Below, piece by piece: positions 1-13,700 of a stretch of DNA of 64,000 nt. The translations under genes were made by a program, and so were the position numbers. The notes beneath the pieces are model-generated. The model made no database searches. It was not told the DNA's origin and worked only from the letters and a program-made list of their open reading frames with translations. Within the stretch, counting starts at the first letter, position 1, and the number at the start of each line of letters is the position of its first letter. The DNA is taken from assembly GCF_001949145.1 (NCBI RefSeq), contig NW_019091355.1, forward strand, positions 2,586,646-2,650,645, in the 5' to 3' direction. This DNA comes from Acanthaster planci (lineage: Eukaryota).

Positions 1-3000
1 TGTACAATCACAGCATGCGCCAGTAACGGAAATAATTATGTCAACAGGTCCATTATGTAAATCACAAAAGATATGTTTGCATGAACCATAATTTTACAAT
101 ACGACAGACATCTCATTCAGGCATCCAAATACGAAGTGATGAACCAAAAGTCCGAGTACTTTCCAGTGAATTTCAGTGTTAAAGGGACCAGTCGTGCTGT
201 ACGAGCTGAGATGATAGTGAAGACATTATTGGGAAACAGCAAAATTTCGGTGGACTTTATTAAAACATGAAAAGGAAAAGAATTTGGTCGGAGGCAAGGA
301 GGTTTGGCACATTTCAGTTTGTACGTCACAACGTGTACCTCTTTGATTACCCCTACGAAGTACAAATGCTCATGCCGGTGTCTGGTTGGGTTATACATTT
401 ATTGCATACCATAGCTGCTTTTCCAATGTTATCTGTACAACTATGTAAAAAGTTGGTTCCGTTTCCACCTTTAGTTAAGGTGTGTTTAAATTTCGTAATC
501 CCCCTTTTCCTGGGCTGGTCTGATTAATCGTAGCTCTGTAAGGCCAAAATTCTTAAGTTAGTGTGATGCCAGTGACACTGACACTGTCAGGAGTCATTGG
601 AGCTACGTGCGTTGTTATGCTTTTCACAAGACTGTGGACCTTGAGCCTTCTGTAATTCCGTCATGGCCTTGTTTTTAACCCCCTTTGAAATGAGAGTTTT
701 ATTGAAGTTAATTTAGTACTCGGACTCAGTCACTGAGCGAACATTTTTCCCACCTGTGGAAAAAAACTCATAGGGAATACCAGATATTTCTCCTCTCAGA
801 TTATTTCAGGAATCTTTCCTCGTAAACTTGACACTCAACAAGTAAATTGCAATCTGTCAAGCAGAGGAGGGCGAAATGTAAAAACGGGAAGTGATAATCA
901 AGCACACCACCTCCAATGTTGTCATCCAAATGACAGGCTTGGCAATGACCCCATTTATTAAAAGAGCTGTCACTCCAGCCTGACTTTTTTCCCAGACCAA
1001 TATGCACTACCGGTATGTCAAGGTCTTTGTTTATTCCATTTTCTTGCACGTTTTTACACCACGGGTAGCTTAATTGGTACATGTACATGTACATTCCTGT
1101 ATGCCTGAAGTTTATCGCCATATCGCATTTTGTGCCATGATGAGATTACCATAGGTCAAGCTTCGGTGTGCTGGTTTAATTATATGTCTAAGTTGTTTAT
1201 TTCGTGGAGTTTTGTTTTACTACATCTCTTGGTTTTTCTTTTGAAATATGGTTAAACCCCAGTTCTCGTACACTGTTGTTAGTTTGAACTGTTGTTGGAC
1301 CTTAAGCTGTGGTTGACTTCCAGCCTACACTGTCTAGACGCCCTGGCCGTGCTTGTTCTGGAGGTATTAAACCCTCAAGGCGTCCATGGCTGATTATACA
1401 ATCAATATTTCCCCGAGAAATTTACGAAGAAGTTGATCTCTCTGGCTAAAGGCAGTGATTCCAAACTCAACCACAAACTTGTCACGCTTTATTTTTCCAC
1501 AGTACATGAACATGGTTCTAAAGTAACAAGTACAAGTGCCCGTAGGTTTGTAAGTGCAGCATACACACCTGCTGCTTAGAAACTAGAAACATGTTTGGTA
1601 GAGAGTACACTTGCATGCACTTTTTAACAGGGTCAGAACCTAGTGGTGGGCATTTACAAGTAATTAGAACTGGGTACCCTATTGAAGTACACCCGGAAAA
1701 CATGGGTAACAGGGTACCTGCATGGGCATTGCCAGGACTTTTTTCCGGGGGAGGGGCAATCCACTTTTGAGGGGGGATTAAAAAGGAACAGTTAATAGCG
1801 TTAAGGGGTCAACTTTGAAGCTTTTCAAGCAAATTGTTGATTTATACACTTTTTTTTCTTTTTCCACCTTTTTCCTATTTTCTTTTGGACCATACAATCC
1901 AAGCTTGCATCGTTCCTTTCAAAGACTCTTGCTGGGATCAAAATGTCAGGCCCTCCAACTTTGACCCATTTCATTTTGCCAAAGTTGATGAGGCGAAACT
2001 GTTTGAGCATAGTTAAGTCATGGGCAATCTGCAGCACTCTAGGAAATATGTGTACACTGAAAGCCAACGGAGGTGGATTGGATAATGTTACTACGACCAC
2101 CTGACAATAGAGGGCTTCGTTTGTCACCTCTCATTCTGGCAGGGTGTGCAGGTAACACAAGACACCCGCCCCATGCAAATTTGCTAACATTTTCAAAGAG
2201 GAACCACAAGATTTACCCAGCATCCTCAATAAAAAATGAGCCGCTTTACGAGGGGCTCATCGCACCTGTTCAGCACGTTATGCAGACTCTATAAAAGTTT
2301 GTTTCCTCATCAAAGGGGGGCTTGGAGGGAGTGGATTGTTAATCATAGCACATGCAAAGACTTCATTTTTCAGACAGAGGACAGCCCGTCGTTGCGTTAT
2401 TTATTGTGCATGCCGATACCATGCAATACCGTTGCTCACCGTGCATAGTTTAAAGTCACCCCACAAATTTGCATCGCACTTCAAACAGGTGAAGTGGCTT
2501 TGAATTATGTAGATTGTCAGATTGTGAAACTGACAGGGAAACTTGTCAGAAATGTACATGTACATAAGATTATGTTTTTATAAATGTGAGACTTTGCCAA
2601 GGCAGTTGAGCCAATAAAGAGTGGACAGAGTTGCAGAAGGCAAAGGGCTGGAGAATCTAAAAGTAGTCAGGGTAATGATAGAGGCCATAAAATGTGAGCA
2701 GCGTGTTACACAAAGTATTCTGTAATCAGCTACGGTATTAGGCCTACCTTACAGATGTCTTCATTCATAGCCTACATGTAAGTTTTGTAGCCAACCTGCC
2801 AATAGCGCTACGGAGCAAAAAAACAAGTTTGCAACAGGTGAAACCAAATTCTGGCTTTGCACCTGCTTTGAAAAATAAATGCTTCCCCTATATTGTGTGC
2901 TTCACACAACAGCTGTATGTATTGATTGATATCTGAGGATTCTTGCTGTGGATGTGCAGTGAAACACAGAGCTTATGTGTACATGTCCATGTTGCCGTTA

Positions 3001-6000
3001 GGATTTGGTTCCATTTTCCACGGGATTTCCATCTGTTCTGAGAGGGTCGTTTCCGTGTTCTGCCATGGGGGTTAAGGCTTCTCCAGGGAGATAACCCAAA
3101 TTAAGCTGCTTACTCATGTCCTCTCTTGATTGGAACGTCAGATAAAAGGAAATTCTGCAAACTTCATATTCTGCAGAATACAACCCTCAGAAGTAGGACC
3201 CCAGGATATTCCCACATGCTCAGTGCCTGGCTGATATTAGAAGACTGCAGTGCATTGTGGGACTCGGTTTGATACAGAGGATCCAAGTGCAAGTCGAAAA
3301 CTTGTTTGATGTGGAAAAATGCATTCGGGTGCAAAAGTAATCAGTAAAATTGTTGCGAAATTCCATCTGCCATCTTCGAAGGCAGTATCAAAGATTACAT
3401 CCAAAATACCGACACATGAACAATATCCCAAAGTCTGAATTTTTGGTAGTGAGCAAGATGTGTTACATGTGGGCCTAATTGCTTCACCACATAGTCAACT
3501 TGAATGTCTGGATATTGCCCCTCCCCCCCGCCCCCACAGTTTTATTTGTAAGCCTATCCCATCATTCTTTGCAAAAGCAAAGTAGAAGGATTCTTGCACA
3601 TGTTGGAAATTATTTTAACACTGATTCAGCGTTGGTTTCAAAGATGTTTGACATTCAAGACTACAAAGTGCATGTAGTGGTCAGCAGTGTGTGCTCACAG
3701 TCTAATGGACACAGTCAGCCCGCATATCGCTGATAATGCTCTTTCAATTATGCAGGTTGGGTATTTATGTTAAGGGTGTGTACATTGTGAGCATTCTTTC
3801 AGTTTAAAGGGGAACGAGAAACAAAACAGGTAAGCCATCAAGGTGATATTCACAAACACAGTACCGTGGCATGTTTAATTTGCAGTGCTTCTGTTTGAAT
3901 AACAGAAGATAGTCAGAATGAGATGTCATTAGGAGATGTTATCAGACACCTGGATGCCGAGGTTCTCAAGAGAATTCAGTGCCAGTGGTTAGGGTTTGTA
4001 GAGCAGATTTCTTGTCGTTGATGCATTGCAGTCAGGCCAAGTAAAATAAAATCCATCAGCTCATCATTAAAAGGAGGAGGTGGCCTTTGGTATTTTTGTT
4101 TTACCAAGATGGCCGCCAGTAGCTTTAACAATCAAAACTGCCAGCAACTTTTCAGTTCACAATAACTGTCAGCTTTCTCCCAGTAATCCACAGTGGCTGT
4201 TTATTTCAGCCTAATGCATGCTCTTCTTAATTGTCATTTAGACAAAATTAACTGACATTTTCAGAATAAGTTGATTCCGGGTGGAAGTGAAAAAAATAAA
4301 GGATGTGGCTTCCTTATATTATGAGAGCAGAGAAAAATCAACCGATTGAGGTTTTTACTAGGCCTACCATAATCAGGTTTCTGCTTATTAGTTTAAATGT
4401 GATTAGGATGTTCCATGTCACTTGAAATAATTTGTTTGGATAGATTAGGTCATGATCGCTTTATACTGGTAGTCTTGCTACATCTTTTTCTGCTCACAAC
4501 CAGATGATTTTTGGGAGGTCAAAGTTGTTTTGGTCTTTGGAAAAAATATCTGAATCATCTCAAAATCACAACATTGTTGACAGAAAGGGGGACCCAGCAG
4601 GCAGGTTCATACACCGTCCCCCGTGGTTTACAGGTCTGCTCATGTCCCCAATCCAGACTTATCATAGTCAATGTGCACCGTATTGAGACAGACACTGCAA
4701 GGGTGCGCAGTGCAGCAGCGACACAACACGCAGGCCCAGTGAAGGAATGAGATAAGCGGATTGCTTTCCTGTTCGGATTATGAGTCCCAAGACGGAAATT
4801 CTCCCCCTCCCCCCCCCTCCACTTCACAGGCAGGAGAGCATTTCACCAAGCTTGAGGGGCAACTTTGGCTGGCATGTTGTGGTGGGGGTAGGTTAGAGGT
4901 GTCCAATGCTCCGGCTCCAGGCACCAGGCACCTGATCCATTTAGGGGGTAGTAACTCTGCTTGGCCCTAGTCCCAGGACATTTTGCTGAGAACCTCTCTG
5001 AAGCCTCTGCATTCTTCTGCCTTATACTAAACTAGCTACCAAAACCAATCTTTGATGAGGCCAGAATGTTGCAGGTGGATTAACGAACTGTCCCTCTGTA
5101 CAATGTAGTTTAACATGTCTCCTAGACCACCCATCTGTGTAGTACCAATTCGTGTAACGTGTATTTGACGGTAGGGCTACCTGTACACGTACCAGTTCAC
5201 TGTAACTTCCTCAATGCTAAATACTTTAACAATCTTCCAAAATCTCCTGAGTGGATTTAGAAGACTAGGAGAGAGTCGGGGTTCTGGTAACAGTGAGTTA
5301 GTTGCTTTGCTGGTACATATGCACTAACACGTGTATGCATGGAGTGCAGAGCGTCTGAGTGATTGTTGAAAAGTTGAATCTAAAGCTGTGTACAGATGAC
5401 TCGGTGACTCGTGTGGTATACTAGTAGCTTGGCAGAAGTCATCAGAGGTGAGATAGACGCGCTTGTAGTAGATTTGAAGGGGAAGTTGCGGTCTGAGGAT
5501 TTGCACCATTGCCTGATTGTCCGATTAGTTTGGATCTAATTTCCCCAGTTTATATACGTATGCATGTGATATCTATTTTTAAGTTGGTCTTCCAATTTAG
5601 TTACCCAGTGGAAGTAATGAACCTTTCCAAATTTAGCTACAACTTTGAGAATGTAATGTATGCGTACTCGTGCCATAAGTTTCAAGACATGGTGCATTTC
5701 CGAGCCATCTTTTATTGCAACGTGTTTGTTTATTTTCTTGGAGCAAAATCATTCCTCTACTGATGACTTTCTGAGTTCTAGGGCCTGGTGTCAGTGTGTC
5801 TATAGTTATTTTCACGTCTGGATTTCAGTCTTTTTTTTTTGTTATGAAGCGAGAGGTGTGGATTGAAGACATGAGGTCCAGACTGGAATGACTGATGTTA
5901 GGAAGGGGGCGGCAGGGGAAAGGCCTGTGCACGCATGGGAAAGGAGCAATTTCAGTAACTGATTAAGGCCAGCCAGCAAGACCTTGAGGATGAAAAACAT

Positions 6001-6299
6001 GCTAGTTAGCAAGATTCCTCTGCTTCAGTCCTTCCTGTTCCCTCCTTTCCCCCCCCCTTTTTTCAGCCCTTTGTTTTTGTTTCTTTAAAGGGGTGTGCAG
6101 GGCTCCCTCTCGTCACATTAGAAATGTCTCCAGACTTTGTCAACCATTCAAGGAGATGCTGTGGCCAGGTTCGGTCGGTGGCAATTAGTTCGCCCAACGG
6201 GGAGATTTCTTCTGGTACCCAGAATGTATTCACTGAGGAGATCGACCAGTGATCGACAAATGGTCACCCATTGAATTTGGCCCAGCACTGCAGCGATAC

Positions 6300-6950
6300 C
6301 AATCCTGAAGCTCATTCTTTAACTTGTGGGGTGTAAACCGTGTCCCTAACGATCACAACACCCTATTGGTTGAAGAACTGTGCGACCGTGGCGCGTCCAC
6401 AAGCATGGTATTACCACAATAATGTTTGTTCTTATTGCCAAATTACATGAGTCAAGTCCCGGTACATGTAGATGTGACCTTATTTGAAACTTTGAAATAT
6501 TGGAATGAGTTTTTAACAGGAAATGTTGACGCACAGGCCAGGATGGCGGCATTCGTGTACATACATAGTAAAACACAAGATGCTCTGGTGATGCGGTTGT
6601 ATCCCCACTACTGCATTCAGACCCATCATTGGTAGGATCTTTAAAGAGCTAGACGTCTGGTCACAATGACAGGCCTCTATTTGGAGGTGCAGCTATAATT
6701 GGCATATCGTCACCCCAAGGAGTAATCACAGTCCAAACATATCATTCACGATCCCTTTCATCTTGGGGCTGTGTGGATACCTCAGTCTGCATAGCAGCGA
6801 TGGTTTCAACAAGGAGTGAGACTAGTAGTCAATACCTTGTGACAAGCCAAGGGGTAGTTCATGATTCAGATCTGCTCTTGCTGTGGTTTTCTAGCACACA
6901 GAACACTTGCCTATTACGTAGAGCAACTAATTAGCAATATCCTTGATACA
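6300..6950 (+). mobile_element. Possible decayed DIRS-like RT/RNase H fragment
   Basis: Broken peptides NCATVARP, LKYWNEFL, CD..QGVVH, LLLLWFSSTQNTCLLRRA, in the order seen in DIRS pol. By-eye resemblance only. Confidence 0.25.
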
Positions 6951-7290
6951 TAGACGTGATGTTCTGCTGGCTTTTGATGTCGTCATTATGGCTGGACGTA
7001 GTAAGGAAGCATTCCCACATTGCAAGATTGGACACAATTATTCTCCATATGTTCCTGTACTGCATGTATATGTACAATTACCTCGTTTTCCTGCACACAG
7101 CACTTTGTAAAAGCACACTTTAACCGTTAAAATCAATGTCAAAAATAATGCATCCTACATGTAGGGCCTACATATGAAATGGCTAAATGTTCATTCCAGG
7201 TCCCTGTACACTGTACTTTTCCTTAATAAACAATTTGGCTTCACATCTTAATAAGAAACTAAAAAACAGGCTAGGAACTACATGTATGCC

Positions 7291-7349
7291 TTAACCCTAA
7301 CCCTCCTCAATCCTTCACCTGTTGGAGGACTGAGGACTGTTAGGGTTAA
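7291..7349. mobile_element. Tiny piggyBac-like palindromic element
   Basis: TTAA-CCCT ... AGGG-TTAA; 27-nt arms (including TTAA) with 4 differences around a 5-nt loop. Confidence 0.55.
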
Positions 7350-10300
7350 TTAATTGAATTTCATTTTAAAAGAACAGTCACAAGTCCATCAGTTTTCCAC
7401 TGGAATGGAAAATTCCAGTTCACTAACCTGTATTGGTATCCGTACTACCTATATACATCATTTACATGTACATTGTACATAGTTAGGACATAAACAGCAG
7501 ACTTGAGCATGTTCTCACATGCATACATGTAAGGCATTAAGGTAGAGTAAGATAACTTCTGGTAACCCTAGAAGTATAAATACACCTTTCACAGTGAGTA
7601 AATTTCATTACACTTACCCTTTATGCCTAAATACAGATCAGTTGAAACGCCTGTCCTGTGCCAGTCAGGGGTATAGGCCTACATGTAGGCCCTACATGCT
7701 AATGTGTGAGTCACGGCAGTTTCTTCGGTAAAGACTCTAGCCGTGCCATAGACCGTACATGTAGTTTCAGTTCATTAATCTTAGATATGATGAATTTGAG
7801 TTTAGAAATGTGCTGATAAACTACCCTGCCTTTTTGACTTGGATTGGATATATTGAAATAATGTTAAAAATTGAAGCGTTATTAAATTTTATATTTTTAC
7901 AAAACTTTTTGCTTAAGAAAGGAGACAAAGGAGCGGCCTTAATAAGTGGCAAAAAAAGCAATGCATTATACGTGTATGTATGTCTTATGTATACGTGCTG
8001 TGCACTTGAGACCTGTTTGGAGTGAGAGCCAAGGTTGCTGTAAACTCAATTGGTCTCCAAACCCTGAAAAATACCATATTTGTCCAAGTTATAGCAAATA
8101 CTAGGCATTCCAACAGTTGGTAGTGGACATATAAAAAAAAGGAAGTCGTGGAAGGAGGCAATTAATCACAAGACTTCGGAAGCAGTTTGGACACTTTATG
8201 AGTCACGGAAATAGACCTCAAACCATGGTGGGGGACAGGTGCCTTCAAGGACACGCTGGGCCCCAGAGAAAATGACTGCCTGGTGGGGTAGGACGCCGGT
8301 ACCGGGTACCGGGTACCGGTACTGTTGCCGAAACAATTACTGAAATATGTATTCTCTTTTGCTGAAGGTTTCCATCTACGTCAAATCCCCATCAGGGGGT
8401 TTGAGGGGGTTCCCGTTCCTTTATTGCAGTTGCGTTCCTTTATTGCAGTTGCGCTGCTTTTGGTGCAGTCCGGGGCCCAGTTTACTTTGTGTAGGGATTA
8501 TTTTGGTGGGAGCCCCAGCTTTGTAATGAGGTTTGGTATGGGTGGAATGCCGCATGTGTGTGGGGCTATCAACCCAAGATTATCACCTATTGACCCACTT
8601 AAATGATTGGGCCCAGTAAACTTTCGGTTAGGGCCGTGTTTGTCTTGTGGCAAGGTTTTTTTTTTTTGGTCCTGTTCACAAAGGCAGTAATGCTGAGATT
8701 TGTGCATAATACATGTACATGTACGTGACTTCACATAACTTCCCTTCATTGCCCACTGACCAATAGAACATTCTTGACATTTTGGAATGTTTTTCCCCCA
8801 GGCTGCAAATGGCCCGAAGGATATGTTATACTAAATTTGTTCATGGGTGCCGTCACGATCGGACTGTGGGAGAGTGTTATGGGTAGGCAAAATGCCGTAA
8901 TGTCAAATAATCAAATTCTTTGTCTTGTGTGCTTCGGACAGTAATGTGAAGTGACATAGGGCCTGCATGCTATGTGTTTATACGCACACCGGTATTGAAG
9001 ATTTAAACCACTATATTGTATACATGTGTCACAGTGCACTCCAAAATCCATTGGTCAAAACTGCTCACCTGCCACACATCACCTAATCGCTGTCCCGAAT
9101 GGCTTGCGCTCCCCCATAACATTATAGGTGTACCAGTGTCAGTCACTCACCCAATGAGGAATATCACCGTTAATCCTCCTCAAGGCACAGGCATTATCTG
9201 TCTCCACTGTGTATATTCTTGACTTAGAATAAGCAGGTAGCATTGTAGTTTGTGTTAGGACTCTTGGCACAAAGTCTGTATTCCGTACCCGGGGATTTAT
9301 CCATCAACACAGGACCAGGTGTGTCAAGAAAATGATCAAAATGTACATGTACATCTCACCAGGCTACTAAGCTGTGTACAGGTATCGGGGAAGGGTCTAG
9401 AGAGTGGTCCCAAAAGACTCAATCCATCCCCCCTCTACCAAAATAAAACAATTCTCTGTACAGTATGTAATCCTATTGGACACCTTTTGAAAAACTAATT
9501 TTCGGGTGCCTCCCATGATTCTGCATAGTTCTGGGCAGGCTTAGGCCAAATCAGCCACATCCTGACGCATGACCCCGCTTAACCCTTTCCGTGGAGAAAC
9601 TTCCAGGTTTTCCTCTCTAAAAGGAAAACCTAGTTTTCGTGGTCACTCTTTTTGGCCCGACCTAACCGTCTATAGAAGATACTTTCTGCATGGATCTGAA
9701 ATTGAGCACCGCTGATGTATCAAAGTACTGATATCTTCATTTTTTTTTTCCAAACTGTGAGCATACAGGTATGATTCTTGACTCTCTAACATGTGACGGT
9801 AGAGTTGAAAGGTTGCTAATTTCTCTACCTATTGTCAAGTCTGATTGGTTTTCATAGTAAGTGACAAAATAAGGGACCTGGCGACTGTATGATCACGGAC
9901 GCCAATTAAGAAAAGAAAGCTTAGCCCCATGTAAAATAGCAGACCTTCCAAAATCAGTAAATTGGGAAGAACAAGTGTCCTCGTTCAGCGACTTAAATAC
10001 CTAATCCCTTCCAATAAAACTCCATTCCAAAGGACTTTAAAAAAGATTGTTTGTCTGGAGTCAGCCATGGTTGCCTCATCTTTCAGTTCTGTTCATTCAG
10101 AATAATAATTCAGGTATGCTGAGAATGGTGTGAGTCTATGGGAACCAACGGAGCGTAAGCCAAGTCCCTTTAGGGTCGTCTGTTGTTGTCCGTGTGTGGT
10201 CGGGTGCCAACAGGCTGACATTTTGCAAGCCCTGTCCTTATATCGTGATGGGGCTTTCATGCTTTTTCCCCCCATTATATTCCTTTTGAATGAAAAATCA

Positions 10301-11183
10301 ATTACGTCACGTCCCAAAGTGAAACTACTCTCCCACCCCAAAAAAAATTTGTTCCCACGGGACAACAAGCTCTCAATAGATGAAGGAATTGAATTTAAAC
10401 TATTCAATTGCACATGTTGATATTGTGGTATTTTGAAACGTAAACGACAATTCTCCTTTCCTCGCTCATTCTGTTCTTGGTCTTGGTTCATCTGATTTGA
10501 AATTACAGTTTTCTGTATCATTGGATATCTTGTCTGCATGGCTGTATACACTGTAGTGGAGAATCACCTTCAGAAATGTACACTATAGTTTTATTGCAGT
10601 AAGTAAGAATGTACGCAAACGTGTTCACCATTTTTATTTCATGAATTTTATTCCGTACAGTGCACACGAAGAGATTACTGAAAAACAGGGCATCTTTATC
10701 AGGTCGGCACACAAGCAACTTTTTTTTCCAATTGTATAAACATTTCAACAGCTGCCATTGGCAAGACAAAGTCATAAAACTTTTGCCATTTGTAAAGTGA
10801 ACCTGCCACTTAGCCTGTCACTTTTCACCCAGGCACATGTACAGGGACTTACAGTTGATGTCCCAAGGTACTTTATTTGTAGACAGTTGTGTGTATCACT
10901 TTGTAAAGGCCAGCTCACCAATTACCGGCCCCCCACATCCTGTCCTTTGCAACTCAAGATCGGCTGCCCACACATATAAGAGAGGGGCTGTTTTTGCACT
11001 GTCTCCTTCACACAACCCACCAGGATTACCCCCACCACCAATTACACTGATACCCAACTCCTACTCAGAGAAGCGGAGGAGATACCAAGTCATTGGCACA
11101 TCTGTGTTGGGAAAGTACTCCAAAAAAAGGGTTTTCGTTTCATTTGTTGTGAGAACATCTCAAAGTGTTCAACAGTGTTGTTG

Positions 11184-11308
11184 ACAAGACCATCCAAAAG
11201 ACCATCCACAAGACCAGTCACAAGACCATCCACAAGACCAGTTACAAGACCATCCAAAAGACCATCCACAAGACCAGTTACAAGACCATCCACAAGACCA
11301 GTCACAAG
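11184..11308 (+). repeat. 12-bp minisatellite, 10 units plus a partial, with 60-bp higher-order period
   Basis: Units ACAAGACCATCC / AAAAGACCATCC / ACAAGACCAGT(C/T); the 5-unit pattern occurs twice. Confidence 0.95.
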
Positions 11309-13540
11309 TAACAGGGTGAATTGTCAAAAGGGAATGCTTACATGTAGTTTCTTTGAATAGCTTGTGACTTGAATTAAGACTGGAAGTCTTGTGTTGGACT
11401 TAAGGGGACTTAACTGCAGCATCTTGGTGTTTTCAATGCCGTCGCCGGCTCAGAGAAAGAAAGCAATTTTGGGAGTACTTCTGTCACTGTAACTTTCTAA
11501 AATTCACTTTTAATTAGATTAGGTTGTGAACTGGAGTTGGAAGGAAACATCACTCTTTGGCAGTATTTTTAGTACAGGGCAAAGCTACCGTAGGAGGGCA
11601 AATGAAGCCGCATTTTTTAATCAATGCAAACTGTGGAAATATTTCAGGCAGCCATCAATTTGTGGCATACCAGAAGACAAGATCGTGTTGGACTTGACAG
11701 TCTACGACTGTCCTGCTTACAAGTACACCCCTCCCAAGTATCTCGAGAACTGCTGGAATTTTCATGAAAGTCTGCCGAGCTCAGCAATGGGGCCGCGTAC
11801 TAAAGTCGGGGGGGGGAAGGATTATTTGAAAAATTTATTTTGATAGAAAGCATCTACAGCGCGCGCACGCATGCCAACCCATGTAGACAAACATTTATGT
11901 TACACTGTAATTTGAATTTGGAAGAATTACAAACATTCACTGGGATGGGATTCGAAGTAAACCATGTTGGCAATTGTGAATGAATTTCTCATTGGCTTTA
12001 TGTACGTGTCCATATATCTTTGAACGTCAATTTTAACCTCCAACACAACTTCAATGTTAAGTGTATGCAATGCAATCGATTGATATGATGATGGCCATTT
12101 TACACGTAATATGATTGAGTTTTACAACTGCATGGTCATCGTCGAAAAAGCAGATGCAGAAAATTAGCCGATGTTATCCTTGTGCATCCAAGTCCCCTTT
12201 TTGGAAATGAATCCCTTACGCACACATGTACAGTACCAATAAGAAGGACAGAGTGAAAAAAAAAATGCTCAGAAGCTTGTTTCCCACAACTCAGACGTGT
12301 TGGTCCTTAGGGTAAAAGGGGAAGGGAGAGGAAACAGTTGAGGGTTGTCTGTTGATAATGCCTGGAAATTGCACCGGTATCGGTGTGTCCCATATGTCAC
12401 GCTTTTGTCTTGACCTGGGAAGTATCACTGAACGGAAACTGTACCAACACCACCTTGTCAATAACCCATCTCTTACTGAGGTACAACCCCCCCCTGAGTA
12501 AACACCTAAATTATGTATTAATTTGAGCCACAGATGTCGGAAGCTCAGGTGAAAAGCCTCGCAACTTCTTGAACTGTGTCATGGTCTTTTGCCAATTCTC
12601 CCCTCCCCCATGGCTTTTCCCCCCAGGGTTCACTGCCTAGTCGACATTTCATCTCCGTGTAGGTTTTGTGAGTCATCCCCATAAGAACATCCTGAGCTGG
12701 GTCCCACACCCAAATTTGTAGTTGGGCACCTCAATTTTCTGTTTGATTGACCAACTGCTTTTTTGTTCAGTACAGTGACCAATCAATTCCCCGTCACAGT
12801 GGATGTACAGTGCAGGCTTAAATACTCTGTGTACACTACCGTGGGTGCACTCTGTGCATTGTATGGTTCTTGCAAAATTGTTTGCTTTGACTGGACAAAA
12901 TTCACTCTTACAGGGAAGGAGGGCATTCGGTATGGTGCACAGTTTCAAACTCAAAAGTACAGTTGATTGTGGAGAGCAGCAAGGGGGACAAGACCATGCC
13001 CTTTGCCCTCATTTACATGTAGCCCTCCTTGTTTAGTTTTTCCTCGTTCAGATCTCTTTAAATTTGGCAAAGTTTTTTATGCATGCAGGTTCCACTTGTT
13101 TCTCACCACTGTTGTCAAGTGGTGAGTATACTGTACATGCATTTTAGCATTTTGGTGAGAAATTTGTATTGAATAGAAGTAATAGTAACGAGCATTTACA
13201 TGTATAAAGTGCACAAATCCAACCAAGAAATAGGTGCTCATGGCACTACAAAATTAAAAGTGAATTATTGCAGTTAAATACAGGAAAAAAATTGATTTTT
13301 TAAATGCCACATTGTCTTTGTATGCTCTGAATAGTACATGTATGTACCGCACGTGGCTGCAAAATGTGCATCGAGCTACATGTTCATGTAAATTAAATGA
13401 TTTTTGCTGTGTTTCAAGATTTGCCCGCTGGAATCCCGAATATTTTATACAGTGCAGGAGAGTTCAATCAGTTTGCAGCATTGTACGGGTATTTGGCAAA
13501 ATGTTGCATTTTGTGCTTTAAGTTCTTCTTGGTCATCCGC

Positions 13541-13700
13541 CCCAAGCAGGAGCACCCTCGCATCAGTTGACAAGAGCCATATTGGTCAGGAGTGTTCATA
13601 TTGTTGGTAGCTATGCGACCGCAACGTGCGCATTTCATAGTTGCTTGTGAACCAGCAAAATTCGGTTCCGACAAAAGGAGCTTTGAAAAGTGTGCCCTTT
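13541..13700 (+). repeat. Interspersed repeat family B, copy 1
   Basis: Colinear with 30792-30960: agcaccc..catcagttga.aagag, ttggtc.ggagtgttca, ttgttggtagc, gttccgac.aaaggagc, gtgccct. Confidence 0.85.

Noticed and set aside
7291..7304. taaccctaaccc as interstitial telomere
   Set aside because: Only two units; better explained as part of the TTAA-flanked inverted repeat.
11184..11308. CRISPR-like regular repeats here and at 34602-34687
   Set aside because: Head-to-tail units with no unique spacers, no cas genes, and a eukaryotic context.
11090..11360. Repetitive ORFs (RPSTRPVT / TGLVDGLV)
   Set aside because: They are translations of the 12-bp minisatellite, open on both strands, with no splice or start support.
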